From NCBI GenBank assembly GCA_051942165.1, contig JAVECS010000019.1, positions 1 through 44,054 on the forward strand: DNA of 44,054 bases. Reading direction: 5' to 3'. Position 1 is the stretch's first letter. The number at the start of each line of letters is the position of its first letter. The translations under genes and the position numbers were made by a program. Below, in pieces: positions 32,297 to 43,189 of this stretch. Under the pieces are notes generated by a model, which was given only the letters and a program-made list of their open reading frames with translations, had not been told where the DNA came from and ran no database searches. Source of the stretch: Circinaria calcarea (taxonomy: Eukaryota).

Positions 32297-34241
32297 TCAG
32301 GCAACTGTTACTTGCATTTAACGAAGAGCAAATCCTTAAAAGAAGCTTATATTGGACAATAGAAGGATTGTATATTGTTGAAATTTTGTATACCGTCATG
32401 CTTGCCGTTGGAATGAATGAGCTTGGTATAGTCGTCTCGATTGTATGCTATATGATAGAATTTCTTCTTATAGATTGTCTCTTGTAGTCAAATTACTCTT
32501 ATAGTATCTCATAGTCGAAACCGAAATTATGTCAGAGGGGCCGTCTCCGTCTCATTTGACATATCGTATTGAAGATGTGCTTCTGCCACTGCCAACTGCC
32601 AAGTATTAGCTAGGCTTCAAGTAGTTGACACATGCCGAGAGTGATAATTCTATGACAATAGCCATTCCCGTTGTTCGCCACAGAAGATCCAATTCCGGCT
32701 ACTGGTCTAGGCCAACGCAATAGACCTTGTGTTTTCACACTGTTCCTATGAGGCCTCACAAACTTCTCTTGCGAGTATCACAATAATGGTAATGATTGGG
32801 CCCATTTGGCTTTGGTAATATCGTTTGCCCCTTTTCGACGTTGTTGACGACTACCCCTACGCGCTGTGACCTTGCCTATCTCATGTAGCCCTCCGCTTTC
32901 CCGAGTCTCGTGCTTGTGATATTGCTTATTCTGATCCCGCAGTGACCGCGGAATTGCCTTAGTTCGGCGTCTTTTTCCCATGTAGTATTTCCTTCAAAAA
33001 CAGCGTCTTCACCGTCTCCAAGTATGTCGCTTTAACCTTTAAGTAGTGATGATATGTATGTTCTGTGCATATGTATCATTAGACCAAGTATTTCATCAAT
33101 CGAAGTAGAAGAGTTATTGGAAACGTTCGAACCTCATGTGCTCCAATCCCCTTCGACGGTCGTCAAGAGTGAGTGATGGGCTATCGAAACCTTGGTATAT
33201 TAGACCTGGTATTCAAGTCCTCGTGAAACCGCAGAGGTGAGCGTCTCGTCTTTCCCTATGCTTCTAGCTCATCCATGATTGCATCCAGATACAGTCCGCC
33301 AAGGTCCGCAAATTTTCCATCTAGGATTACGTGCCACGATCACTAGCTCTAAGTGCAGAGTACACAAGCAGGTCGGAGACTACGGGTCCAGTGTCTCTTA
33401 ATATTCTGGGCTATGTCCACAGTTTAGTCCATGATTCGCACCCTAACAATCGGCTCTAGCAAGGGAAGTCCTATTGAGACTAATAGTTAAAATGAACAAT
33501 AAGAGCTTACTACATGTTTCTAGATATATAAATTAGTTAGTCATCGCATGTACCTTCACGTGTTTCGCGAGTTCACATGAGATGTCAATATGGGCCAATG
33601 TTCCGCTGCAATAGTGAGTGTATAAGCCTACCATCCCGTGATTCTCTTTGGTGCTAACGGATGTGGCTCTGGAATCTTGCACTGGGAAAACAATCACATA
33701 TAGCCCTTGAAATTCTGACTGACACCTGCCTTCAAGACAGTATAACCCTATTCCACTAGATATGACATATATCCCTTCGGAGCATGTTTTGATATTATAT
33801 GTTATACAAAGCCTTTGGGAACACTTTTCCGCGTATTCGCTTTACTATGGGGTAGCAAGATGAAAATAACAGAATTTTCCAAGAGAAAGAAGAGAAAGGC
33901 TAGCTTATACGAAGATGCAGATAACAATTAATTACTCTCCCATGGTTCATTCATATATAGGCTACTAGTTCCAATGCCAAAACTTGTCACCACCCGTAAG
34001 TGACGACTTTATTGTCGGGCTTTAAGTGGCCTCATTGGGTACGAGTAATGTAGATTTTTTGCATGCCGTCTCCTTTAAATTCATGTTGAATAACTATTTA
34101 CCTAGCGCCCATTATTGAGTAGCGAGTTTGAAACAGATTCAGGTGGGTATCTTTTGCAAATCGTACAGAACCTTTACGCCCGCTGAAAAAGACCTCCGCC
34201 AACCAGATGTCCCACATCCTGAAATCACACCAGGGCAAGGA

Positions 34242-36440
34242 CTAAAGGCCCCAAGATTCCCCAAGGCTATCCAGATAGTCACCGAGTCCCAGCCCACCTT
34301 CATCTTTTGACTCCAGTGATGGTTCAACCTCGAAACCGGCATCCTTGTTATCCACACCAAGCAATGAACCTCTATAACTTAAACTTGTTTCCAACGGATG
34401 AGGTATCCGATCGTGCCCAGGAGAAAGTAGACCCGTTCTCGGCGTCGTTTCCGTCTCGATTTCGTCAGGTGTCAACACTCTTCCCTTGAGCTCAAGGTCA
34501 CTAGTCTCCACTTGGAAATTGAGGGCTTTCTTTCCCTCAGCAATTAGGTCCTCGGTCCAGCCCAGGCAGCGCTTGAGACTCTGATTCATTTTCTGACTAT
34601 CGACGAGCAGCTCTTGGTGCTTCGAGAGATCAATCTGAAGGCGCTTTTCGTCTTTGGCACGTTGTCGAGCGTCATGCTCGATCTGAGCTGCTGGGCTTCG
34701 AGAAACATTGGACGAAGATTCGTTGTCATCCCCAGAAAAGCCGAGGTCAATGGTGTCGCCATTATCAGATGAGCCAGACGCATCGCTTTCGGCGTCACTG
34801 AATGTCAGAATAGATAGGCAAGTCGAGAGAAACCTCTTAGACGGAGCTATGGAAATGCGCCCTGCTTGGGTCAGACGTCGATAGCGTCGAAGCTCAGCAT
34901 TCTGTTTTCGCAGCTCCTTCTCAAGAGTTCTGTTGATAGCGAGAAGTGACGAGTTACTTATTTCTAGGTCTAAGACCTTGCGTTCCCGTCGGGCATTCGC
35001 AGCTAACTCATTGAGATCGTCTAAATTACTTTGTATAGTGATAGGCTTCGTACCTATTGGTGTTGATGAAGGTGACTGGGCATCAGGAGTTTTGGTGTGC
35101 TTTGTAGGGGTTGAGAGTGGGGAGGGCGAATGGACATTGGGTGTTTGGTTGGACTTTGTAGGAGTTGGTAGTAAAGAGGGCTGTTGAATGCTGGGGACTT
35201 TGTTGTATTCAACTGACGGTTCAGGCTTGGCTGCTATTGAGGCTCTTCGTTCCCTCGGAGTTAACGGAGATCTTTCAACGAGGGACGGGACGTTTCTTTT
35301 CCTGTTAATGAAAGAGTCCATCGAGTTGACGCTGCTCGATTTTGAATGACGCGCATTAGTCTCGGTGGTTAGTTTGAGGCTTGATCTTCTGGTAACACCT
35401 GAGAATGTTGGCGAAGCTATTTGAGGCGGTTCTATTTGGTGTAACCCACCCTGGGGCGCCAAGGATAGGTGCCGTCTAGGACTCGCTTTATGAATCGAAG
35501 GCTTCCGAGATAGATCGGGATCCTTCAACGGCGACGGAAGTTGGTGTGAAGGTACGACATGATGTGGCTCAAATGAGCCTGGCTTTGGGGGCGGAGGTGA
35601 AGCCGCGACCGGGAAAGCGAGTATATTGGATTTCAAGCGTTCAGATTCTGTAACTGGTGCAACGTCTGCATGAAAGAACTTGGATTGGGGTGCTTCAGAG
35701 GGCGGCGTAGCGCTCAAAGGGGATGTTTCCATATCTTGTTCCTGATCACCATTGGCGTGGAGGAAGCTAGGACTCTTTGATTGCATTTGCGGACGTTGAG
35801 CGGAGGTCTTTGACGGAAATGAGAATCTCGCATCACTGGCATGAAAGAACATGGGCGAGTCTTCGGGGCTGGTCGTACTCCTACTGTACACATTGGCTTC
35901 CGGAGAAAACCCTGGGGACGAAAGGACAGAACTCTTGCCATTGCTTGCTACGCTGCCTGATCTTGATTTCCGCACCGCACCCACGCCCCTCAATCCAAGC
36001 CCATTTACGGCTTTATAGTTCTCCACACCCCGATCATTTGTGGTGATAGTAGACACTGGCCGCATGCTGGTTGGAGTTCCATTCGGCGTTCCAGTCGGAG
36101 TGGATGCTGTACTGTCCACCCGTGCTTTCCTGGGGCCAGATCTGGGAGTGATGTTTGAGTTTATAAATGCTTTTACCGGTGTCGAGATATTTTCCTTTGA
36201 GCTTCCCTTTGAAGTGCAAAATCCGTCCCACTGAGATGTTCTTGCAGTCCTGGGTGACACATCCGACACTGAAGATCCTGCTAGACGAGGAGCCACAACC
36301 TGCCCTTTGGTTATGCGTAGATTTGTGGTGGGCGGCCCCACGGGTTGCCCGCTCATAGCGGTCTTCTGCTCTTTGGGCGGCCTTTCTCGATTCGCAGAAC
36401 TGACAGTTAATGGAGAACATGGCTGTAATCCCTTCATCAT
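34242..36440 (-). CDS. Conserved fungal hypothetical protein (Ser/Pro-rich disordered N-terminus, C-terminal coiled coils)
   Basis: 732-aa ORF. The blocks LAANARRERKVLDLEISNSSLLAINRTLEKELRKQNAELRRYRRL and DEKRLQIDLSKHQELLVDSQKMNQSLKRCLGWTEDLI resemble an uncharacterised fungal family that I recall but have not searched. Confidence 0.85.
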   Translation of the reverse strand: MMKGLQPCSPLTVSSANRERPPKEQKTAMSGQPVGPPTTNLRITKGQVVAPRLAGSSVSDVSPRTARTSQWDGFCTSKGSSKENISTPVKAFINSNITPRSGPRKARVDSTASTPTGTPNGTPTSMRPVSTITTNDRGVENYKAVNGLGLRGVGAVRKSRSGSVASNGKSSVLSSPGFSPEANVYSRSTTSPEDSPMFFHASDARFSFPSKTSAQRPQMQSKSPSFLHANGDQEQDMETSPLSATPPSEAPQSKFFHADVAPVTESERLKSNILAFPVAASPPPPKPGSFEPHHVVPSHQLPSPLKDPDLSRKPSIHKASPRRHLSLAPQGGLHQIEPPQIASPTFSGVTRRSSLKLTTETNARHSKSSSVNSMDSFINRKRNVPSLVERSPLTPRERRASIAAKPEPSVEYNKVPSIQQPSLLPTPTKSNQTPNVHSPSPLSTPTKHTKTPDAQSPSSTPIGTKPITIQSNLDDLNELAANARRERKVLDLEISNSSLLAINRTLEKELRKQNAELRRYRRLTQAGRISIAPSKRFLSTCLSILTFSDAESDASGSSDNGDTIDLGFSGDDNESSSNVSRSPAAQIEHDARQRAKDEKRLQIDLSKHQELLVDSQKMNQSLKRCLGWTEDLIAEGKKALNFQVETSDLELKGRVLTPDEIETETTPRTGLLSPGHDRIPHPLETSLSYRGSLLGVDNKDAGFEVEPSLESKDEGGLGLGDYLDSLGESWGL

Positions 36441-36758
36441 GGCATTATGAATTTTGACTCTCGGTGATACTCGAGAAGGATACCAGCCTCGCAGTGATTC
36501 AGTGGACTTCGCCGGGATATGGAGTTGTTGACAGGTTAGATATTAGACCAAAGTCGATCTTCCCCCTTAGCGTCATGACTTTCGCGGAGTGACGCCCTCG
36601 ATTGAAGTTGGGTGAAGAATGGCGAACCAATCATAGTGACATCTGATCAAGAACATTGCTGAGGCTCCCTTGGCAAGATCCCATAGCTTCATTGACCATT
36701 TGGCAGTACCTTACACGCCCTTCAGTCTCAGGAAGGAAGGATTGCAACCGGCGGCCTC

Positions 36759-36817
36759 TGTTTACAAAATGCATCCGACGACGCAGGGATGCTGATTGCG
36801 GGGCGTAGGCGACGCGT
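36759..36817 (+). promoter_or_regulatory. Forkhead (TGTTTAC) and MCB (ACGCGT) elements in a bidirectional promoter
   Basis: TGTTTAC at 36759-36765 and ACGCGT at 36812-36817, between the divergent 732-aa gene and Pol kappa. Confidence 0.45.
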
Positions 36818-36947
36818 TTTTGAGACTGCAAATATCTACACCAACAGTTTTTCCAACACTTAACACTCCTAGGCAGATATAGGACCCAAAAAGTTGTCAA
36901 AGGCGTCCAATGTCGCGCCGGTCACGGCTTCACCACCTCCCAAAGAC

Positions 36948-38909
36948 ATGACAGCGGATGGAACAAAGCCCGCAGCGGATGGACCAAACCTACCAGCTAC
37001 CGCCACTGAAGCTACAGATGGCCATGACAGTCTCAAATATCATTTACTGGGACCCTCATTGACCAAAGCGGGTCAGGATTCCGTGGACCAGCAAAAGGTG
37101 GGTGAATGATGCTCTTGCCGACCGCGGTTTCTTACAGTTTTACAGGTTTCCGAGATCATCTATAATGCCTCCAAGGGCTCCAAGTTCTTCAACAACGAGG
37201 AGAATAAAGATAAAACCCTTACCGCTAAAATAGAGCGTATCCTAGCACGGAAGCGACAGCTTGAGCGAATAGATCTGGCATCCGATCGACGTCGAGCGGA
37301 TGAGTACATGGAAGAACTCGAGCTATCACGGGATCTTTCCCAGACAATCGTCCATGTTGATTGCGATGCATTCTACGCGGCAGTTGAAGAGCTTGATAGA
37401 CCGGAACTCAAAGACGTCCCTATGGCTGTTGGCAAGGGGGTGTTGACGACGTGTAACTACCACGCCCGGAAATTCGGCTGCAGGAGTGGCATGGCAGGAT
37501 TTGTCGCGATGAAGCTGTGTCCCCAGCTTATATGCTTGCCCCTTAATTTTGGCAAGTACAGTGCAAAAGCGCAAGAGGTTCGGGAGGTTCTAGCGAGTTA
37601 CGATCCACGATTCCAAAGCGCCAGTATGGACGAAGCATATCTAAATATAACCCAGTACTGTGAGGACAATCACATGGAGCCTGAGGATGTCGTTACCCAG
37701 CTACGGAAGGAAGTTGTACAGAAGGCCAGAATTACTGTTTCCGCAGGTATCGCTGCGAACGCGAAGATTGCCAAGATTGCCTCCAATAAGAACAAACCGA
37801 ATGGACAGTTTCGAGTGGCGAGTGATAGAGCGACGATAGTCGCCTTCATGCGTGACCTGCCAACTCGGAAAGTTAATGGCGTGGGCCGAGTCTTTGAGCG
37901 CGAATTAGATGCCATAGGCGTGAAAACCTGTGGAGACATCTATGCTCAGCGAGCCTACCTTCCCAAACTCTTTGGCGAGAAGGCCTTTCAGTTTCTCATA
38001 CAATGCTATCTTGGTATTGGTCGGACAAAGGTTCAACCAGCTGAGGAGTTTGAACGCAAAAGTGTAGGGACTGAGAGTACGTTTCGAGATATGAGTGAAA
38101 AGGGTGAGCTGCGCGAGAAATTAAGGTGGATTGCCGAAGAATTAGAGAAAGATCTGAGGCGTACTCAATTCAAAGGGCGAACGCTGGTCTTGAAAGCGAA
38201 GCTGCATACATACGAGGTGTTGACTAGACAGACTATCCTACCAAAAGCTGTCCACACTGCAGATGATCTCTACACATACGCATTGCCAATGCTTACGAAA
38301 CTAGAGAAGGAAATTCCTGGTATGAAGCTGAGACTTATGGGCCTACGATGTACAAACCTAGTAAGCACGAAGAAAGCCGGAACAGACTTCTTTGGTATGT
38401 GTCGCCGTGTTCCATCGACCGATGAAGATAAGATTCCATTGCATAATGACACGTCTGGTCCGTTGAATGGAGGGGAGTGGGAAGTCTGGCCGGAGGAAGA
38501 ATTCGAAGAAGCTGCTCGACAAGAAAGGCAGGATGAGATGAACGAGACGGAGGTGCTGAGTCAAGAGGAACAACTTGAAGAGACAAACAGGAAGTACAAA
38601 CATGGAAGGGAAGTCCTTCCAAACCCACAGAAGGACGACCGGGTCCCCAAGCCGAAGGATTTACTTTGGGACTGCCCGATCTGTTCTCGGCCTCAGATGG
38701 CAAACGACAAGGATTTCAATGAGCATGTAGACTACTGTTTATCACGACAAACAATCAAAGAAGCTATCAGCCAAACGTCTCCAGTTCTGGCGGCTTGCTC
38801 AGCTTTCACTCACTCACCTGGATTGGGACTAAGGAGCGAGGCTAGTGGCAAAAGGAAATCGAATTCTTCGCAGAAAAACGTTCAAAGGAAGCGACTGTTC
38901 TTCGGCTAG
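36948..38909 (+). CDS. POLK: DNA polymerase kappa (Y-family, DinB), 2 exons (36948-37097, 37146-38909)
   Basis: N-clasp TKAGQDSVDQQK|VSEIIYNASKGSKFF, HVDCDAFYAAVE, TCNYHARKFG, SMDEAYL, TVSAGIA.N..IAKIASNKNKPNGQ, ERKSVGTESTF, LRLMGLR, UBZ finger CPIC...HVDYC and a C-terminal PIP-like LFFG. Confidence 0.96.
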
Positions 38910-39194
38910 ATAAGGAGAGCAAGTCTGAGGCTTGGATTAGGGCTTACGCATCTAAGCAGGAAAGGTGAGTAATAATTAGAGCCAGGATTAGCACGTACGA
39001 CCCTGGAGGACCCCTCCAATATGAATCAAGGGCTGTTGAGTAATGCAAAAAAGGGAAGGGACATTAGTGTCTTCTTATTGAGACCTCCAAGGATGGTGCT
39101 AAATTAACTTGTTAGTAACGCTTGTCAGGCTCCAGCCTCGAAATTATATGGCAATTACTCACAGATATCAGATTTCTACTGGGAAGATTTTCAA

Positions 39195-41132
39195 TCACCT
39201 TCCCCTTCCCACTTCGACCTTGACACTACCAAAATGCTTCAAAAACCGACCCCAGACCTTCTCCTTCCTTCCCATCTCCCCCACTGCAATCGGCCATAGC
39301 ACCCTTCCCGCACCATCCTCCCACCCGATTGGACAGACTCCTAGCCCTGCAAATTCTGGCGCCGCACTCATATACCCGGGGTCTACCGTGTTCATCGCAA
39401 CTCGACGTGTTCGCCAGCAATGGGCGGCTTCAGTCTCGGTGATCATGTTGAGAGCGGCTTTCGACGTATTTGTGTGCACGTGTTTGCCGTTCTTCGTGCC
39501 TGCGGTAGGTATATTTTCGAAGATACCCTCGCGCGAGGATACATTGACGATGTATGCTTCTGGAGCGCTGGTAGATTTTATGGGATCTTCAGCTGGAGAC
39601 CGAGGCGGAAGGGTTGTAGCGGATATAGGATTCAGCTTGGAGCTCCCCATCAGAGGTAGAAGCTCGCGACAAAGGATCAACGGGACGAAGAAATTTACAC
39701 TATGAGCGCTTATCACGTCTTCATATGGTATCTCGGTCAGCGATTGAACCCAAGAAGATTTAGAAAGCGGCCAGGGGTCTTTGAATCCCCTCATCTCATC
39801 GGGTCGGTTTTGGGGCGTCTCTTGATGGTCTGAAAGGGGCGTGGCAACGGTGGTGGAAGACTCTGGTTCACCACCTCCACAGAGCAAATTAGAAAGGCCT
39901 GTACGCATTCCTCCTCTAATTTGAGCAGAATAGCCAGTATCGTTATCGATGAGAAAGCTACTGACAATCTCTTGGGTCCTTAGTAAGTCCTCTTGTTGCA
40001 AAGCCCTCCTTTCTGTTTGTACCGAGTCTGTCAAAGTCTGCGCTGCATTGTTAATGAGTATGTCTAGCCTTTCCGGGGTACCGCAGTCTGCAGTCCAAGC
40101 TCCCAACTGCTTCTTGACCAACGCCACAAGTCTGAAAGCATCACGAGCACTTCGAAAGTCGGCACCAATGATAGCTAATCTCCACCCCCAAACGCTGCAA
40201 TCACTCTGTGCGTGAAACCGAGTTTCAGCATCTCGCGGATAGCGCGATGACACGATCACTTTCGCCCCACACCGAAGCAAACGTAAAGCAGTGGTGAAGC
40301 CAAGATTCACTCGGCCACCTGTAACCAATGCAGTCTTGCCACTGAGGTCAAGGCTCCCTGGAAGCGAAAGACGTGATTCGGCAATGTTAAAGTCTCCGCA
40401 AGGCTTACAGAGGGAAGGATAATGATCGTGAGGCTCGCAGTATTTGAAGGAACATATATAGCATCTACGCTGCTTGAGCCCTGGTCGTTGACTCTGTGTC
40501 TCGTTCAGTGCTTCATAACGGCTGTAACGTGGTTCAGTTTCATTTCTTTCTTGGGGAGCGAAGCTGGTGTAAATAGTAGTGGTCGCCTGCGAGTTCTGTG
40601 GCATGATCAGTTCTAACGGTGAGCATATGCATGTCCTGTGCGAGCGAGCGGCCAAATCCGGAGCTATATGATTTTTGATTTTGGCAAGAACGTCATCAAG
40701 TGATACCGTACCTTCGATTCGAAGGTATTGAAGAACCTCCAGAGCCGCCTCGAACTTCTGCATTGTCGGTGTTCTTAAATCATCGTTCACTGTGGTGTTT
40801 GGTTCTTCCTGCTCAATATCGCGTTTCATTTGTTGCAAATATACCTTTATACCTCTCACGGCTCCGTTATATTGAAGTTGCCGTACTAGTCGCGGTAATG
40901 GAGATTGCTCGTCGGCCTGAGGGTTGAGATGTTTCGAAATGGCTTCACCCAGCTCTGACGAGAACGGAGGGACATAGAGCACAAGAATACTTGGTACAGT
41001 TCCTAATCTACAACGCTCTTGATCTTGTCGCAGCTGAGCGGCGATCGCAGCAGGCTTGCTCGTTAAAAGGAACTTTTGGCAATCTGATGGAGACAAGAGC
41101 ATCGCATTAAAATGTTCTTGACTGAATCTCAT
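39195..41132 (-). CDS. Atypical short-chain dehydrogenase/reductase with an N-terminal extension and CxxC-H-CxxC putative Zn finger (first ATG 41132; frame open to 41192)
   Basis: CYICSFKYCEPHDHYPSLCKPCGDFN is followed by the Rossmann motif ALVTGGRVNLG, then LDILINNAAQT, IVNVSSREG, HVHTNTSKAALNM and MNTVDPG. Intronless. Confidence 0.88.
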   Translation of the reverse strand: MRFSQEHFNAMLLSPSDCQKFLLTSKPAAIAAQLRQDQERCRLGTVPSILVLYVPPFSSELGEAISKHLNPQADEQSPLPRLVRQLQYNGAVRGIKVYLQQMKRDIEQEEPNTTVNDDLRTPTMQKFEAALEVLQYLRIEGTVSLDDVLAKIKNHIAPDLAARSHRTCICSPLELIMPQNSQATTTIYTSFAPQERNETEPRYSRYEALNETQSQRPGLKQRRCYICSFKYCEPHDHYPSLCKPCGDFNIAESRLSLPGSLDLSGKTALVTGGRVNLGFTTALRLLRCGAKVIVSSRYPRDAETRFHAQSDCSVWGWRLAIIGADFRSARDAFRLVALVKKQLGAWTADCGTPERLDILINNAAQTLTDSVQTERRALQQEDLLRTQEIVSSFLIDNDTGYSAQIRGGMRTGLSNLLCGGGEPESSTTVATPLSDHQETPQNRPDEMRGFKDPWPLSKSSWVQSLTEIPYEDVISAHSVNFFVPLILCRELLPLMGSSKLNPISATTLPPRSPAEDPIKSTSAPEAYIVNVSSREGIFENIPTAGTKNGKHVHTNTSKAALNMITETEAAHCWRTRRVAMNTVDPGYMSAAPEFAGLGVCPIGWEDGAGRVLWPIAVGEMGRKEKVWGRFLKHFGSVKVEVGRGR

Positions 41133-41863
41133 AGTTTGGAACAGTTGAAGATACCTCTGGAGAACCTCGTTCGATCTCAAGATATAGTGCACAACGGATA
41201 GTAAGCCACTACTAAATTAAGCTTTCAGCCGCGCATTCGTCCTACGGCACGGTCTTGCTGGTCAGAACCGAAATACAGACATGAAGGGAATCATGACCCA
41301 CGGACCCTCAGAGTACGGCGGATTTCAGTCGAAATGTAAATCCGCAATGCCTAGAACTGGTGTATATAAGAGCAATTCCCTACCCGTATGAGCGATCATC
41401 TTTACCACCACAAATCACCTAAGGCGCACTTGAACCAACCGAGGGAGCCGCAGTACGACATAGTATATCCCGCTAGGAAGACAACCGAGCATTCAGTATA
41501 CATATATATGTATACGTCTATCGATGTAAGTACATGAAAAATCCCTACTATACGTGATACCATAAATAAAGAAAGGCACCGAACACTATGTCGCCTCCTA
41601 TTTCATATCTAATCCCATGTAATGACATACAAATTCCTTCCCCTACCACAGTGTTATATACCACGTCATCATCTGTATACCGGCCTTACTATCTTATCTT
41701 CTTTTGACGTCGGCTTGTCGTCAATGTTGAAACACGCTGCTCTCTCTCCGGCCTCAACGCGTGGAGTTCACCCCTTTAGTCCGAACAAATAACTAAAGAC
41801 TGGGTTGCAGAGCAGAAACGACTCCAGTATATATCTGGTACTTCAAAGAGGACCTCCGCCATC

Positions 41864-43189
41864 ATGGGTTTTGCCCCCATCCCCTATATTATCCACGATT
41901 TGAATAGACTCCCCCGAGAGCTCGTCTACAAAATCCTCGACGACCTCCCCCTTTACCAGATACTAAAGCTCCTTGTTCGAAATGACCCATACGTTAGCAG
42001 TTGCATCCAGAATCACATCTACTACCGGACTCTCTTCTCTTCCGACGATGTATCCGCGGTGAAGACCTCATTCGTCCTATGGTTCGATATCGTCCAGCGC
42101 AACCATCAAGACCACCATCATATTATCCCTGTAATCCTAGAACAGACTTATGCATCCGTTCCTCGGACGTCCTTACCCACATTGGAAACATTGCAGGCGA
42201 AAATCGACGACTCCATCGCCAACATGCTTTTCGTGAGGGAGCCACAACTTGCAATTATCGATGCCCTAGAGCGCAGCGGACGGGCTGTCCGACTGCCAGA
42301 AAACCTCGACACGGACTGCAACGAAAACCGCTGGCTCTGGATGAAAGCCCAGCAACAAGCTCTCAACGACGTAAAATCCGCGCAACTTTATCGCCTCGCA
42401 GATCTCCTCTTCACATACCCCCACATGCTGAAGAAAACCTCCGACCCTGGGGAAGGCGCGCGATCCAACTTCGCGCACATCATCAATCGCCTGCACCGCG
42501 AAGGCCTCCGCGTACAAAAGGACTGGATTTTCCGCAAGAACTTTTGCAGGCTGAAGAACTTGGAGGACATCCCGCCAATTTGGAGCTATGGGAAGAAGCC
42601 CAAGCCCGGGGAGAGTGTGACCATTCGATCGCATCTCAAGCTTCACGGTGCATACCTGTTCGATAGCGATGAGCTACCCCTCGTTCCAATCCAGAAGTAC
42701 CGTCAGTTCTTCCGAAGGACGCTGTTGCAGAACCCGCCTCTTCGCTGCACGACAGCAGAGAAGGAGGAGATTGGGGAGACCACGTCTATAGTCGATGAAA
42801 TCAGCAGCCTGCTAAAGACGTTAAACTGGATCCGCCCTCAATACCCACAGCAAACGAAAGCGCCAGCACCAGCTCCTCCTTCTCGTCCTCCAACCCTACA
42901 CGCCTACCCCGCTACCATAGTCCAGGACCTCCGCACCGTCCTCGTCGGCCTGCGCGACGGCCATCAGAAACGTCAACCGCACTTGTATTGGCGGAAGAGT
43001 CTGCCTCTTCGGCGAGACCCGCTTAAAGTCGAGTTTCGACTTTTCCCGCACGAGGAGAGGCAGTTGAAATGGTTGGAGGCGGTTTGTCGGTGTTGCGGGT
43101 ATATGGAGGAGATGGTTCAGGGGGTGGGTGCTCGGTCTAAAGAGGGTGAGAGGGAAGGGATTGCTTTTCTGGGCGGGTTAGATGAATAG
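41864..43189 (+). CDS. Intronless orphan with an N-terminal F-box-like motif
   Basis: 441-aa ORF. LNRLPRELVYKILDDLPLYQILKL fits the F-box consensus LxxLPxEIxxxIxxxL. The remainder is unrecognised. Confidence 0.7.
   Translation: MGFAPIPYIIHDLNRLPRELVYKILDDLPLYQILKLLVRNDPYVSSCIQNHIYYRTLFSSDDVSAVKTSFVLWFDIVQRNHQDHHHIIPVILEQTYASVPRTSLPTLETLQAKIDDSIANMLFVREPQLAIIDALERSGRAVRLPENLDTDCNENRWLWMKAQQQALNDVKSAQLYRLADLLFTYPHMLKKTSDPGEGARSNFAHIINRLHREGLRVQKDWIFRKNFCRLKNLEDIPPIWSYGKKPKPGESVTIRSHLKLHGAYLFDSDELPLVPIQKYRQFFRRTLLQNPPLRCTTAEKEEIGETTSIVDEISSLLKTLNWIRPQYPQQTKAPAPAPPSRPPTLHAYPATIVQDLRTVLVGLRDGHQKRQPHLYWRKSLPLRRDPLKVEFRLFPHEERQLKWLEAVCRCCGYMEEMVQGVGARSKEGEREGIAFLGGLDE

Noticed and set aside
42001..42666. 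221-aa alternative-frame ORF within the F-box-like gene
   Set aside because: TTG start and an Arg/Pro-rich composition typical of off-frame reads of GC-rich coding DNA.
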